From contig NC_087446.1 of NCBI RefSeq assembly GCF_036321535.1, forward strand, positions 48,856,001-48,920,000: a DNA stretch of 64,000 nt, given 5' to 3'. Positions 24,041 to 35,638 of the stretch are shown here, one piece after another; within the stretch, counting starts at the first letter, position 1, and each line of letters starts with the position of its first letter. Under the pieces are notes generated by a model, which was not told the origin of the DNA, made no database searches, and saw only the letters and a program-made list of their open reading frames with translations. The stretch comes from Camelus dromedarius (Eukaryota). The position numbers were made by a program, and so were the translations under genes.

Positions 24041-26039
24041 GATAGAAGAGAAGATAAATTGGTTTTAGGCCTGCCGGTCAACAAGAAGTGAATTTCAGTC
24101 CTTTCAGGTAGATGTAGTTATAAAATGGGGTTTTAGTCCTGTTAGATAAGATGACACTATTTGGGAACATTTCTTTGTGGGGACATTTATCCAGTCCTAG
24201 GAAATGTGGGATACAAGATGTACAGAACATAATCTGCCCCTAAAAATCTAGACGTCAAATTAAGATAGAAAATATCTCCACTTAGTATTACAAGATGGGT
24301 GTTGGCAGGTGGGGTCTGCCCAGAACGTGCTATAATCAAATACGTTTTTTTTCAAGGTTCACATGGGTGTGCTGCCGTGGAGAGGTCACTTTCAAGGCCT
24401 TGTAAAATGAGATGATACCTGTAATCACACAACCCAGTGCTTAGTAAGTGGTAACCATTATAAATAATAGCATGTCTTCGTAATAATGCCCATTACAGGC
24501 AGGAGAGGAGCTGAATGAAAGAGTGCTTGTCTCAGAATTGGCATTAAACCACCATCATTTTTCTGATTAGTTAAGCAAGACTGCTTATTATGTAAAATTG
24601 CAAAATTGAGCAAGGTCAAAATATCAAATGAAGAAATTGAAATTCACTGGTAATTCTACTATCCAGAGTTAACCAACGTTGATGCAAATAAATGAGCTCG
24701 CAAGGCATATTCTGTCTTGTCTTTTATTTTTTTTAACTTATTTTATCTAGAAAATTTCTTTTTATCAATAAACATCTTTTAAATGGAATTTCGAATGCCT
24801 AAAAATGTTTCATTTTATGCATGTTACACAATTTGAAAGATTACTCTCCAGTTGTTAGCTATTGATGTCATTTCCTTTTTTGTCAAAATCATAAATAATA
24901 TCCCCCACTTTCCCCTTATCTCCTTAGGATGGATTCCACAAAATTATAATATTAGTCAAAGGTTTGATTAGGGTTAAGGCAAAAAAAAAAGAAAAAAGGA
25001 ACAAACTGCTGCACAGCACATATCTTTTAACAAGGTACCAATTTGCTTAGTATATGAATGAATAAATAAAGAGATAGATGCTTTAACCAGCTACGTAATG
25101 AAGAAAATACACTTTTCCCACGTTACAACACAAGCAACTCTCAATGCTGTATTTCCTATTGACTTGGTGAGTGTCCTACATCCTTGACTCCAACCGACCA
25201 TTTCCCTGCTGTTTGGTAGAACTTGGAGGTGAAACATTTAGATACTTGGGAGTCTGATTCTGCTTTGCCCACCTAGTTTGTATCACCAGAAAGATTTCTC
25301 TTACATGATGTAAGTAGATTTAAAATGCTTTCTCTGAATCAGCGCTATGTTCTGCTGGTGAACTCTCTGAGAGAGAGGGTAGGGTAAGAGAGCATCGCAC
25401 TCCCCGACCGGCAGTGAGGAAGCTTGGGAAACCTCATGATGCCAGAGCATCAGCTATCGTATAATGGTGGAAACGTCTCCTCATCTTCAAAGCACTAGGC
25501 AACACGAACTCATTAACCTTCATGCCATCCCTGGGAGGCAGGCATAGCTAGTTAGGAAAAGCTAACTAATGATTATAAGGCCCCTTTAAAATAAAAATGC
25601 ATCTGAATGCTGAATACCAAATCATAAAAAGCAGATAAATATTATGGTGCCAGTTTTATAGACTAGGGAAGTAGGTCATGGGTATTAAGTATTAAGTAAT
25701 CGCCCACTGGGGACAATATAATGATGGGTACAGAATAATTCATAGCGAGAACTTAGGCAACCTCCAGTCTGAGAGGCTGTACTCAGAGACTTGGAGGAGT
25801 CCTTCTGGCAATAGTATTACACGCTGGGAACTATTAGGAATTGGGAACAACTGGTAAAGATCAGCTGCTTGAAAGCAAAAGATTCATAGCTTGTACTGAA
25901 ATGCTCTTTATGTTTGGCAGTTAAAAAAAAAGCTGGTTGTAGTTGAATCCATAGCAGGGTCATGGCAACATTCCTTCCTTTGAGCTTCCATTGCACAATA
26001 AATATGCTAATATAATCACATCTCTTTCTCCTAATACTT

Positions 26040-26192
26040 TTTTTTTGACATTTGTGTCTTTCACTAAAAACATCTCTGAGATTGCAAATTGCATCTTATT
26101 TTTTTGTGTCTTTAATGCCTAGCTCAGTTCATGGCATCTTGTATGTCGAAAATAAAGTTTCACTGGATGTAAAAAAAAAAAAAAAAAAAAAA
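26040..26192 (+). mobile_element. L2 3' terminal fragment followed by A22
   Basis: gcctagctcagttcatggcatcttgtatgtcgaaaataaagtttcactggatg resembles the L2 end; A run at 26171-26192. Confidence 0.55.
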
Positions 26193-26590
26193 GAAAAAGA
26201 ATAAATAATTAGTAACATGGCAGCATCCTAATCTCATACAACAAATATACCTCTTGGGAAAAAAAGTATTTCAAGGCTTCTTAACAAAAAATTCACATCA
26301 GAATCAATTGTAAAGCTTTTTAAAAATATAGTATCTACCCCAATCCAGACTTTGTAATTTATCATCTCTAAGATTAATTCCAGTGTTCACTACTGATGGA
26401 GAATATACAGTCTATTTCCTTTGAAAATCCTTCAGTATCCTGTTATCATTTTACTACTAAATGACAGAAATCCCTTTACATGATATATTTAATTTAATGT
26501 GAGAGGTATTGGTAGATAAGGAAGAGAAAGTCACAGTAATGGATCACTTTCTATATTCCAGGCACTGTCCCGTTGGAACTTCATATTTCA

Positions 26591-26830
26591 AGCTGAATGT
26601 TAATTATTATTACCATTCTATTGATTTCAACTACCATTCAATGCTGCCTACAAATATAATTCATTTTTACAGCTGAATGTTAATTATTATTACCATTCTA
26701 TTGATTTCAACTACCATTCAATGCTGCCTACAAATATAATTCATTTTTACAGCTGAATGTTAATTATTATTACCATTCTATTGATTTCAACTACCATTCA
26801 ATGCTGCCTACAAATATAATTCATTTTTAC
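26591..26830. repeat. Perfect tandem repeat, 3 x 80 bp
   Basis: Unit agctgaatgttaattattattaccattctattgatttcaactaccattcaatgctgcctacaaatataattcatttttac at 26591, 26671 and 26751, with no mismatches. Confidence 0.98.
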
Positions 26831-26974
26831 TTTTGGTGTCTTATGAAGATTCTTAATTCTGCTACACTGTTGTCTTTTATTTAGTAAATATTTAGTTTAT
26901 TTCTTTTAATTATATGCATTATGCTAGGTCCTGTCCTTCCCACTTGGATTAAAAGATTTGCAAAGGCACAGCTA

Positions 26975-27076
26975 ATCCCTCTCTTCCTCTCCTCCTTCAT
27001 TCTCTCTCTCTCTCCTCCTCTTCTTCCCTTTCTTCATCTTCATCTTTTTCTCATTTTCTCCCTCTTTTCTCTCTCT
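26975..27076. repeat. CT-rich polypyrimidine tract
   Basis: ccctctcttcctctcctccttcattctctctctctctcctcctcttcttccctttcttc... Confidence 0.75.
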
Positions 27077-27590
27077 TGTTGGAAATACAGGTTTTATTAT
27101 TATTCAAGTTATAGGAGGCCAATGGATCAGGAGAAACCTGCCATTGAAAAGGTAGTTATTCAGTTCCCCGGAGCAGGGGGCATGTCATACCACCCGGGGC
27201 CACACGGGGCAGCACCAAGGACGGTCAGGAGGCAAAAGAGCTAGGGGAAAGCATAGGCTAGACCATGGGACAGGCACAGGACCCGAGTGAGCAGATTTAA
27301 ACTGGCTAGTTTGAATAATTTCAGTGGGCTCTGGGCTTTCGGAGTGGTCTTTAGTAGTCCAAGACCTGGTCCTGGAGTCTCTTAGGACAGGAGGTTAGTG
27401 TTCTGGACTGTCAGAGCCTGATTAAACGAGGCAAGTGTGGGTATGGACTTGGATTGGTTGGTTTGCATATCAAAGGCTTGCTTTGGATAAATTGTTTGTT
27501 TGCAGTCTCTAGGAATTAGCTGAGTTTGACTGGGGCAGTCCCTCCCCAGGTCCACAAACCACCAAGATGTCAAAGTATCATAAAATGTAG
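27077..27590. mobile_element. ERVL-class LTR (MER76/MER77-like)
   Basis: gaggccaatggatcaggagaaacctgccattgaaaagg, ggctagtttgaataatttcagtgggctctggg, ggattggttggtttgcatat, ccaagatgtcaaagtatca. Subfamily recalled from memory. Confidence 0.6.
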
Positions 27591-27989
27591 AAAAAATTAA
27601 AAAACATGATTAATATACTCTCTCTCTCTGTCTTTATGTTAATACAGCAAAGTTACAGTCAGTGGGGAATAACACTCAATACATTACTCACTTAAAACCT
27701 AGAGCAACAAAAGAGAAGTGAAGCTGTAGAAATAGCTCCAGAATATACAGAGCAGATATCAAGCCAAACACCTTTTTAGAGCTACATTTCTTTTAAAAGA
27801 AAATTTTAATTTAGGAATTAATGATTGAGTTCCAAAAGACTTAAACTTGTATTTCACTACAATGAAAGATGTGAAAACAAAGAAAAATCAAACTGAGCCA
27901 ATGACCCAATGCGAAGCAAAATAGGTAAAGAACCTACAGACTTTGTCCTAAAGGAGACAGGAAACTTCCAGTTTGGTCTTTGAGCTCAG

Positions 27990-28017
27990 AAAAAAAAAAA
28001 ATTTTTTTTTTTTTTTT
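27990..28017. repeat. A12-T16 abutting homopolymers
   Basis: Read directly. Confidence 0.9.
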
Positions 28018-28724
28018 ACAAGAATAGGCATGCTGATCCAAGTGCCCACAACCAATAATTGTATTGTAGCTCAATTATCTTAATCGCTTCCCCTGCCCAC
28101 CCCACTCCCAACAACCACAGTGGTCTCAGGACAATTTATGACCTAGAAACACGTTTTGGGGTAATAAGATAAACATATCATTAAAGGAGGAGATTTTAAT
28201 CTGTTGAAAACCCTTGAATAACATTCAGCCAACATGAGGCAGAATCTATCTAAATGTCAGCTTTCTACTTAGAAAAAAATGAATAGTGAGTAACAAGGAA
28301 GAGTTGGATCCACTGAGAAAACACAAATTATTCCATTTTTTTCCTGGCAAAGACAATCATTAATATGATATACTGGTTGGAATTTTGTATTTTTCTCCTT
28401 AATGCACATTTTCGTTCCAGATCAGGAAGAATTCAGGAGGCAATATCAGCTGCTTATAAAAGAGGATTAAAGATGAAAAAAAAATTAATTGAAGGATTAC
28501 TGCAGAGCAGGATGGCTAGCTTTAAAAAGCTTTCACATAGCCCCTTGTCTGAAATCATTAGGAAATTATGCTCAGTTAAACTGTTGCTTCAATCAATCTG
28601 TACCTTCCCAATTATTCTCAATGTTGCTCTTGGAGGGGTGAAAAGGTGTTATTGTAACTAAAATGGCCATAACTGACATTCCTGGGACCTTCTGCCCATA
28701 TTCACCTCATTCAGCGTTCAGAAC

Positions 28725-28880
28725 AATTTCATAATCCAGGTCATTATTTTCATTTTATAGATAATGAAAGAGAGGCTCAAAGGTTTATGTGACAACCCAC
28801 GTATAAATAGCCAGCAATTGACTAACGTTGGATTCCAGTTCAGATCTTGTTGATAACAAGTCTTTCCCCCTTTCAACCAC
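28725..28880 (-). mobile_element. MIR SINE
   Basis: cattattttcattttatagataatgaaagagaggctcaaaggtttatgtgacaaccc...ggattccagttcagatct. Confidence 0.65.
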
Positions 28881-31800
28881 ATCAGCCTCTTTCCTGGCCC
28901 ACTGTCGGTGCTGGACGGATGTGTGCTGACATATACTGAGTTGACTTCAAATTTTGAAGGAATTCCAAGATTACACAGAGATTTATTTTCTTTAGGAATC
29001 TTTCCCTCTTGAAATTTAAAATAGGCTTATGAGTAAAAAGGCGACTAGGTCCCCAAAACTCTAGTAATTTTTGACCTGTGACCGGATAATAGAGCTAAGA
29101 CCAGAGGGTTCTGACTTTGTATGGATCCTTAAAAAAAAAAAAAAAAAATCCATCTCCTACTGTTGGGTGTCCAGCTAGTCTGCAGCTGACTTGGGAGAGA
29201 CATGAGAGCCATCTGTTTTCTTTCTCTTTCTTACCAGTCCAGAGGTTAACCCCTGTCTAGTCTTCAGTGGAAGAGGTATCAGCATTTCCATCTTTGAGGT
29301 GTTCATGGAGAGGGAAAAAGGGGGAGGGAAAGAAAGAATATGACTGAGGTCATGTGTCTTCAAGGATACAGACCGTATTTTTACTCTTGTTGGACTGGGA
29401 GCTGTGCTCATCAGCAGTGATAGCTGCTCCATCCTCACCTCTCTCCTAGGAAAGCTCCCCAAATGATTCAAAATCTAGAGACTACTCCATCTGTTTCTGC
29501 AGGTGGTACAGACGCCATTCCATTCTGACAGTAACCAGTGTCCAATGGTTGTTGCACTTTGCTGCTCAGTCCTTTCCTAAGACATGACCATGGCGGGGAC
29601 GGATGTGAGGGGTTAACAGAGAGATCTTGAAGCTGAAACATCAGAGAAATTTATTTTTTCTAAAAAGTATCTCCTAGGCACAAATGGTTTCTTTGGTTAG
29701 ATTCCTACCTTTGATAAAAATGGAGTTAGCACAGAAAGTAGTGGTTTGTGTCATTTCTCCTCTCCTATCCCCAATTGTAACTACCAAACATTGTTGACTT
29801 TTTTGGTATATAGATCGTTTCCTCACAGTGATAAATTCTTGCATCTTTTTCTTGATGGAGATATATTTACTTCTTTATTTTTCAGAGAGGAGCAGATCCT
29901 CTCAATGGTTGTTCTGGTTCTTAAATCTGATGAAACTCTGACTCTAACATCAGTCTTCTTCTGTCAAGTCTCAGTTGTACAGCTGGGCTAAATGAACCTA
30001 TCCTTCATTACATACAGACTCCCATCCATCTTGCATTTGAGAAAAATGCTTTCCTAATATGCTTCAGAGCTACTCTAATAAACCTAATGGCAAATCACTT
30101 CTCCTGGAGGTCAAGGGCAGGAGCTTAATCCAAAGCTTGAGCACTATTGAGATTTAATTGCGGTAAATGCTGCTAATGCTGCTTTTGGCAAAAATGTGTC
30201 TGGCACTGAAATGGATGCCTCTGGGTTTTATACTCCTGGGATGAGATACAGCTTGGATCTCAAAAAAAAAATGTAGGGTAAATATTTACTGATTGGGCCA
30301 AAAGGATGTAGAGCTAGTCATAGAAAACTAAAATAAAAACTAAACCTGTTTTTGATGCTGTCTTTGGTGGGGAAGGAGAGAGAGCTTGGGGAAGGAGAGA
30401 AGGCGTTTCATTTAACATTCATTGCCCTGAGTAGTAAAAACTAGGTCAGGTGGTAAAAACAGTGCTGTGCTTCTAATGTGCTATTAGATCATACCAAGTA
30501 GTTTTACAAGATGCAGTCTACTTGTATAGAAGTCACTGTAATAGAAATTCTGAATTTTGAATTCATGGCCTACAGTGCATGCATAAATTCCCACCTGATA
30601 TTACTTTTAAGTGTTGGTTGTTTTCAGATTGAAACCTGGCACATAACATTTGAAACCTTTTCTTTAAATTATACTAATTGCATAATCTCAGTTTTAAGGC
30701 TAGCATCGAGAAGTATCTTAGTTTGTCAACTGGAATTTGGAGTGGTTAGATATTTATTGAACTTTATAATAAAAATTTTGGGACAAGAAGGTTGGAGTAG
30801 GAGTGATATCAAATATATTCACAACTGATTAATTAAAAAAAAAAAAGAGTAGTAAATCACCAACACTGATGAATGCCTAGTGCCTTTGGAGCCAGGCCTG
30901 TGTGCTTAGAGCACTAAGTAGAGGATGGCTTCCCAGGTCAGATGAGGTGGCTTAAGATATATGCCCATCAAACTTGTTCAAAGCCACCGAAGGAAATGAA
31001 TACTGCCAAATCCTACATTTCTAACCTGTCTTCAACCTATCGACAGAGGGGATTAAAATTTTAAAACAGTGTATGTCAGTTATGAATGAGATTGGCAGGA
31101 GAAGTTGAATCATAATAAGGTATAGTATGTTCAGCTAACGTCCAGTTGTTCATCAGTAAATACATAAGATACCTACCCAAACTATATATGGACATTTCTA
31201 TTTAAATTATTTATGCTGAAATAAAAATGTCATTATGCATATGGTATTCTTCATTTCATGCAAGCCTGACACATCTTGCCTAATGATGTTATTAGTCAGG
31301 AAAATGGTCTTTGTAGGAATCCAACCCTCAGATCTAGTTTGTCTGTTTTCCAATATGGTGGTGATCTGGTGTAGGTCATATAAGCTGAGAGTGGGGACCT
31401 TGGACTTCTTCATGCTTTCGTTTTTTAGACTAAGTATCTATATTTTCCTAAATTAGTGACCCAATATGAGGGAAGATGAAAGACAATAGCTTAGGAAGCA
31501 AAAAGTCATAGCATATAAAGCAGGCTGTAGTTAGCTAGAAAGGTGGGGCACAGAATCCTTTTGAAAAACTATAAAATTCTCAATGATTATAGCTCTTTAT
31601 GTCAAAATATTCAGGGCTGAAATTACTGAAACCCACAAGAGCAGGTGTTCTGAGTGATAATCTAAGGTATAATTAGAGTTTCTGAAGAACACTATGAGTT
31701 GCAGTTAATTGAAAGAGACTATATGGCTAATCATGGAATGACTTATTAAAAAAATTAAAATAGGCCAGCTAGCTCTAAAAAACTCCTATTTCCCAAATCT

Positions 31801-32721
31801 CTATTTTGACTAAACATAAAGCTGAAATATGTTGCTGCTTTGATTAAAAAATGTAAACAATTTAGTTATGCCTTTAAAATAGTATATAATTATCTCACTT
31901 TTTATGATATTACACCTCATTATTTACATAATATGTAGGTTGTTTCCAAGGTTCACAAAACCATGCTGAGCAGACAGATTATAGGGATGAGTGGTAGGAC
32001 AGTGTTTGAAATTCCACTTGGATTAAAGGACTGAAAAATGCAGAATGAAATAGAGATGTAGCCTTTTCCTCTTGGTATTTGTAACCACTTGGGATACTCA
32101 TATTTAAACCACTGTATTCATTATATGTCTATCAATAACTTCTTAGTCTCTGCTTTGATTTTTTTTTAATTCACCAAAAAAACTTATCTAGAGCTCTATA
32201 ATTAGTATGAAAAGAATTTTAATGGGAGATGGTGGGTACTGGTGTGACAAGTTCAAACAAGAATCCTTCAGAGGTTGGACTTCATCTGAATGCTGGTCTG
32301 TGGGGACACTATTGATAAAGAGAAGATCAAAAGAGTGGAGCTGGAAAGAGGCATCACCTCGTCCCCCTTTAGCATGCAAATGATAAAGTTGAGGCCCAAT
32401 GAGATTAAGAGACTTTTCCAAGTTTCCCATAAAGAGTGCTAGGTTCCTGGGGAAAATACTGTGATCTGTGATCAGCAGCTTGAGGAAATCGATGAGAAAG
32501 TCACAGACGAAATACTGCAGGGCTCAAGAGAGAGGAGAGACATCATATTCTGTAGCAGGAATGAGAAAAAAAGACATCATAAAGAGTGAAATTTCCCATA
32601 GCTTTAAAAAATGGGAACTTAGAATTCTCAGCAGTTGAGATGGAGGTCACAGAAATGACAAGGGGGAAATATTCTACTGTGAAGAGTGACCTTGTGATAG
32701 AGAATATGAGCTAGCTGAGGG

Positions 32722-32957
32722 CAAGCTTTCTTGACCTCTGCTCTATTGACATTTGGGGGCAGATAATTCCTTGTTATGGGGGCCTTCCCTGGACATTGTA
32801 GGATCTTTAGCAGCATCCCCAGTCTCTAGCCATTATATATGCCCGTAGAATTCTCACCCTGCACACCTGAATTGTGACAACCAAACCATTTCCAGACTTT
32901 GCCTCATGCCCTGGGGGAGGGGTGGAAATTTCTCCTGTAAACTCTTGAGAACCACTG
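32722..32957 (-). mobile_element. MER20 hAT-Charlie non-autonomous DNA transposon, near full length
   Basis: ctattgacatttgggggcagataattccttgttatggggg...ggacattgtaggatctttagcagcatcccc...ttgtgacaaccaaaccatttccagactttgcc...ttgagaaccactg. Confidence 0.9.
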
Positions 32958-34177
32958 CATTAAGGCAACAGAGAACCTTGGAGAAGGGTCTTGGTCACTG
33001 TGTATACATTAGTCACTCTTAAATAGTTTTTAAAAATAAAGAAGGAAGGAAGTGATGAGAGGGAAGAAGTGAGGAAAAGATGGAAGGATAGGGTATATTT
33101 TTTCCCCAGAAAACTCTGCCACTAAGATAAAAGCCATTACAATTAAAAAAATTCTTTTGTAAATTTTAATGGAAAAATTGTGATGCACTCCATCTTCAAC
33201 TGAGATGTCCAAGTATGTTTTCACTGATTGAAAAATAGACCAGTTTAACTCTATTTTTTTTTTAACTTGGGGAGATAAAATCAGTGTAAGAAAGGTTTAT
33301 TGTTCTCAAGAAAGGAGGAAGATGATGGTGGTATGAGAGGTCATTTGTTGGAAGGTGGTGGAGAGTCAGATGATCCACCTTGGGCAGGCAATCTCTTTGT
33401 GACTTATGGTCACAAAACACACTTAAACAGAAAGGAATTGTACAAAGAAGCATCTTCGGGCAAAAATAAAAGTTCACATTGAGAGTCTTTGTGGGCATAT
33501 GGAAATAGCACAACGAGCCCAAGTGAGTGAAGAAGAGTTAATTTGTGCCTCCTCACCCCACTTACAAAGCAGTATGTTTTGAGTTCCTCAAAATATGGTA
33601 CCTAATTCACATTTGTGCCTGATGCTAGTCTCAAACTGGAAACGGATGCACCAAGTACATTGATAAGAATACCTTTGCCTTAAGAGTCAGTGTGTCACTT
33701 TTTAGAGTGCATTTTCTAAGAGGGTTAAAATATTAAACTGGGAAATAAAAATCACAGAAATCTTTCAGAGTGATGTCAGTCTGTATATGCCCAGGCTAAC
33801 GGGAGACAAAGCTGTGAAAGTAGAATGGAGACATGAGTTAGCAAAGATTATGGTCAAATATATAGGACATAAAGATGAAAAAGATTTGGAACCTATTATT
33901 TGGGAAAAATTGCTCTAGAGATCAGAGAAGCATGAAATTAAGTGTGACCAGGAAGTCTGTGAAGGCTTCACTGAGAAGGTCGCCATTAATGAGGGACACT
34001 CTGAAAGAAATGGTTGGGGAAAAAGAATGTTCTAGGCTGGAATGAAGAAAGTCTGGAAACTAAGCGAACAGGGTGGGTGTGTAAAATAGAATGGAACTGA
34101 GGCTTCTGAGCATGGTTTGGATGTGATATAACATGGACACAGGACCCTAAGCCAGATTATAGTGCTGCTCATATGTG

Positions 34178-35060
34178 CTGTGAACAAGGTCAGTTCTGCT
34201 GTGTAACAAACCACCCCTAAACTTAGTATCTCAGAGCAGCAAACATCTGTTTCTACTTACAGTTCTGTGGGTTGGCTGGTTTGGGCAGAATCAGTTGATT
34301 TCTGCAGTACATCTGCAATGTGGCTAGGTGGGGGTTCTAGAATGGCCTTTTTAAAGGGGCCAGCAAAATTCTTCTATAAAGGAACAGGCAGCAAATATGT
34401 CAGACTTGGCAGGCCAAAAGAAAAAACTAAATATTATGTAGGTACATATATAACAAGAGAGAAAACTATCTCCATAGATTTTTTTTTATTGACAAAATTC
34501 AAAATAAAATACTAGTAATTGAGTATATTTTTGTAATACAGGTCTTCTGATGAGGAGAATGGAACTTTTTTAGGGGGAAGAGGTAACAACATACTTCAAT
34601 GGGATTCAAAGATAGGGTTCTCTATTATCAAATCAATTGTTAGTGTCTTTCTATAAAAACATTCTTAGCTCAGGCTTTCCCAGAACAGATGATGGGCTGG
34701 ATTTGGGCTGCCACCTGGAGTTTGCTGACCTCTGTTGTAGAGGACCACTCTGCTCTGCTCTGCTCTGTAGTAAGTCTCCTTCTCCAGTGTACATGCATGG
34801 GCTTCTTCACATGGGTGACTCAGGAATCCAAAGATAGAAAGAGAAGCCAAGCCCCAATATGCAAGAATTTGTAAGTCTCAGATGTGGCATATTTTCTAAT
34901 GTTCCAATGTCCACAGTAAGTCTTATGGTCAAATCCAGATTTCCGGGGTAGAAAAAGAGATTCCGTCTCTTGACGGAATGAATGGCAAAGTCATATGACA
35001 ATGGGTGTACACACAAGGATGGGAAGCGTTGTTACCATTTTTGCAAACCATCTCCCCACA
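34178..35060 (-). mobile_element. MaLR LTR (MLT1H/I/J-like) split by a DNA transposon
   Basis: gctgtgtaacaaaccacccctaaacttagt...ctacttacagttctgtgggttggctg; resumes with gagattccgtctcttgacggaatgaatggcaaagtca...ccatttttgcaaaccatctccccaca. Confidence 0.7.
34354..34734 (+). mobile_element. MER58-like hAT element
   Basis: Termini aggggccagcaaaattcttctataaagg...gcaaatatgtcagacttggcaggcc and gggctggatttggg...tttgctgacctctg. Confidence 0.7.
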
Positions 35061-35334
35061 CATTGCTAAGAATTTTGAATTTATACTGCAGGCAGGGAGG
35101 CAGTAACGTTCTCTTGAGCAGATGACTGCTGTATCTGGAGTTGAGCTGGAGGGGAATTAACTGGGTAACCATATAAGAAAGATGGCAACCATCATGATGG
35201 GAGACACTAGAGGGAAAATGACCAGCTACTACAATTCAAGTAAGATGTTTTCAAAACCCTGCTTAGTGGCACAGCGGAAGAAATGGAGAGGAAGCAATGA
35301 ATGGCAGAGTCCCTGGAGAGGCCTCCTGGTGTAG

Positions 35335-35490
35335 AGAGGCTTTGAGTCTGGAAGTTGGTCAGACCTGGCTTTGAATCCTGTCTGTGCCACTTAGCATGTG
35401 AACACAAGTAAATGACCTCATCTCTATTTATTAAAACGGGCTCCTAAAGCTGTGAGGATGAGGGACAATGAGTACAATGTGTGCTCTATC
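35335..35490 (+). mobile_element. MIR SINE
   Basis: ggctttgagtctgga...cagacctggctttgaatcctgtctgtgccacttagcatgtgaacacaagtaaatgacctc...taaaacggg. Confidence 0.7.
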
Positions 35491-35581
35491 TTGAAAAACA
35501 AATACAAACATGTGCTAGATGTCCTTTTTGCATTTTCTAGCACATTAAGGCCTCTCTAGTTTGCTCTTAACATGCATCTCC

Positions 35582-35638
35582 TGTATGTGTGTACATGTGT
35601 GTGTGCGTGTGTGTGTGTGTGTGTGTATGTGTGTATGT
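35582..35638. repeat. Imperfect (TG)n microsatellite
   Basis: Read directly. Confidence 0.9.

Noticed and set aside
26151-26192. AATAAA followed 14 nt later by A22, resembling a processed-pseudogene tail
   Set aside because: The upstream sequence matches the L2 3' terminus, which contains its own AATAAA. No ORF or TSD is present.
26591-26830. CRISPR-like appearance of the regular repeat
   Set aside because: Units are identical and contiguous with no unique spacers, there are no cas genes, and the DNA is mammalian.
30150-30200. Partial resemblance to a MADE/mariner MITE (aattgcggt...tggcaaaaa)
   Set aside because: No terminal inverted repeats or TA duplication, and the similarity is too short.
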